A stretch of DNA of 64,000 nt from Pristiophorus japonicus (lineage: Eukaryota): the NCBI RefSeq assembly GCF_044704955.1, contig NC_091995.1:47120001-47184000 (forward strand), read 5' to 3'. A model generated the notes under the pieces. It had not been told where the DNA came from, made no database searches, and saw only the letters and a list, made by a program, of their open reading frames with translations. The number at the start of each line of letters is the position of its first letter. Position 1 is the stretch's first letter. Shown in pieces: positions 62,810 to 64,000 of this stretch. A program made the position numbers and the translations under genes.

Positions 62810-64000
62810 TACATAGAAACAAAGAAACATAGAAAATAGGTGCAGGAGTCGGCCATTCTGCCCTTCGAGCCTGCACCACCATTCAATAAGATTATGGCTG
62901 ATCATGCACCTCAGTACCTCTTTCCTGCTGTCTCTCCATACCCCTTGATCCCATATCTAACTCCCTCTTGAATATATCTAACGAACTGGACTCAACAACT
63001 TTCTGCGGTCGAGAATTCCACAGGTTAACAACTCTGAGTGAAGCAATTTCTCCTCATCTCTGTCCTAAATGGTCTACCCCTTATCCTTAGATTGTGACCC
63101 CTGGTTCTTGACTTCCCCAGTACCGGGAACATTCTTCCTGCCTCTAACCTGTCCAATCCTGTCAGAATTTTATGTTTTTATGAGATCCCCTCTCATTCTT
63201 CAAAACTCCAATGATTATAGGCCCAGTCGCTCCAGTCTCTTCTCACATGTCAGGCCTGCCACCATGGAAATCAGTCTGGTGAACCTTCGCTGCACTCCCT
63301 CAATAGCAAGAACGTCCTTCCTCAGATTAGGAGACCAAAACTGAACACAATATTTCAGGTGAGGCCTCACCAAGGCCTTGTACAACTGCAGCAAGACCTC
63401 CCTGCTCCTATACTCAAATCCCCTAGCTATGAAGGCCAACATGCCATTTGTCTTCTTCACTGCCTGCTGTACCTGTATGCCAACTTTCAATGACTGATGT
63501 ACCATGACACCCAGATCTCATTGCAGCTCCCCTTTTCCTAATCTGTCGCCATTCAGATAATATTCTGTCTTCCTGTTTTTGCCACCAAAGTGGATAACCT
63601 CCCATTTATCCACATTAAACTGCATCTGCCATGCATTTGCCCACTCATCTAATCTGTCCAAGTCACCCTGCAGCCTCTTAGTATCCTCCTCACAGCTCAC
63701 ACCGTCACCCAGCTTGGTATCATCTGCAAACTTGGAGATATTACATTCAATTCTTTAATCTAAATCATTGGCGTATATTGTAAATAGCTGGAGTCCCAGC
63801 ACTGAAACCTGTGACACCCCACTAGTCATTGCCTGCCATTCTGAAAAGGAGCCATTTATCCCGACTCTCTGCCTACTGTCTGCCAACCAATTCTCTATCC
63901 ATGTCATAACATTACCTCCAATACTATGTACTTTAATTTTGCACACTAATCTCTTGTGTGGGACTTTGTCAAAAGCCTTTTGAAAGTCCAAATACACCAC
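62810..64000 (-). mobile_element. CR1 LINE 3' part, running off the window edge
   Basis: catagaaa tail at ~62811; ORFs 63215-63505, 63518-63700, 63755-64000 ([14 protein letters not shown]). Confidence 0.9.

Overview
Repeat-dense vertebrate genomic DNA. The repeat repertoire and gene families point to a cartilaginous fish (shark/ray); this is inference. Most of the window is retrotransposon sequence: many CR1 LINEs (several nested), one RTE LINE, a Penelope-like element and its hairpin derivatives, SINEs, and three Tx1-type (L1-clade) elements. Host genes: (i) three copies of a two-exon GPR139/GPR142-like rhodopsin GPCR, of which one has intact reading frames but an AA in place of the AG splice acceptor and two are clear pseudogenes, one of them inverted; (ii) the alpha1, alpha2, alpha3 and TM exons of an intact, divergent (non-classical-looking) MHC class I heavy-chain gene on the minus strand. 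The main observation is that all three Tx1 elements have their 3' end at the same nucleotide of CR1 ORF2 (the QRDLGVLVH motif), antisense to CR1. Two have clean target-site duplications, and two are stacked in tandem at one site. This looks like a retrotransposon that specifically parasitises another retrotransposon. Its 3' UTR carries twin hairpins, one with a compensatory base change. Repeat boundaries are read by eye and are approximate unless junction sequences are quoted.
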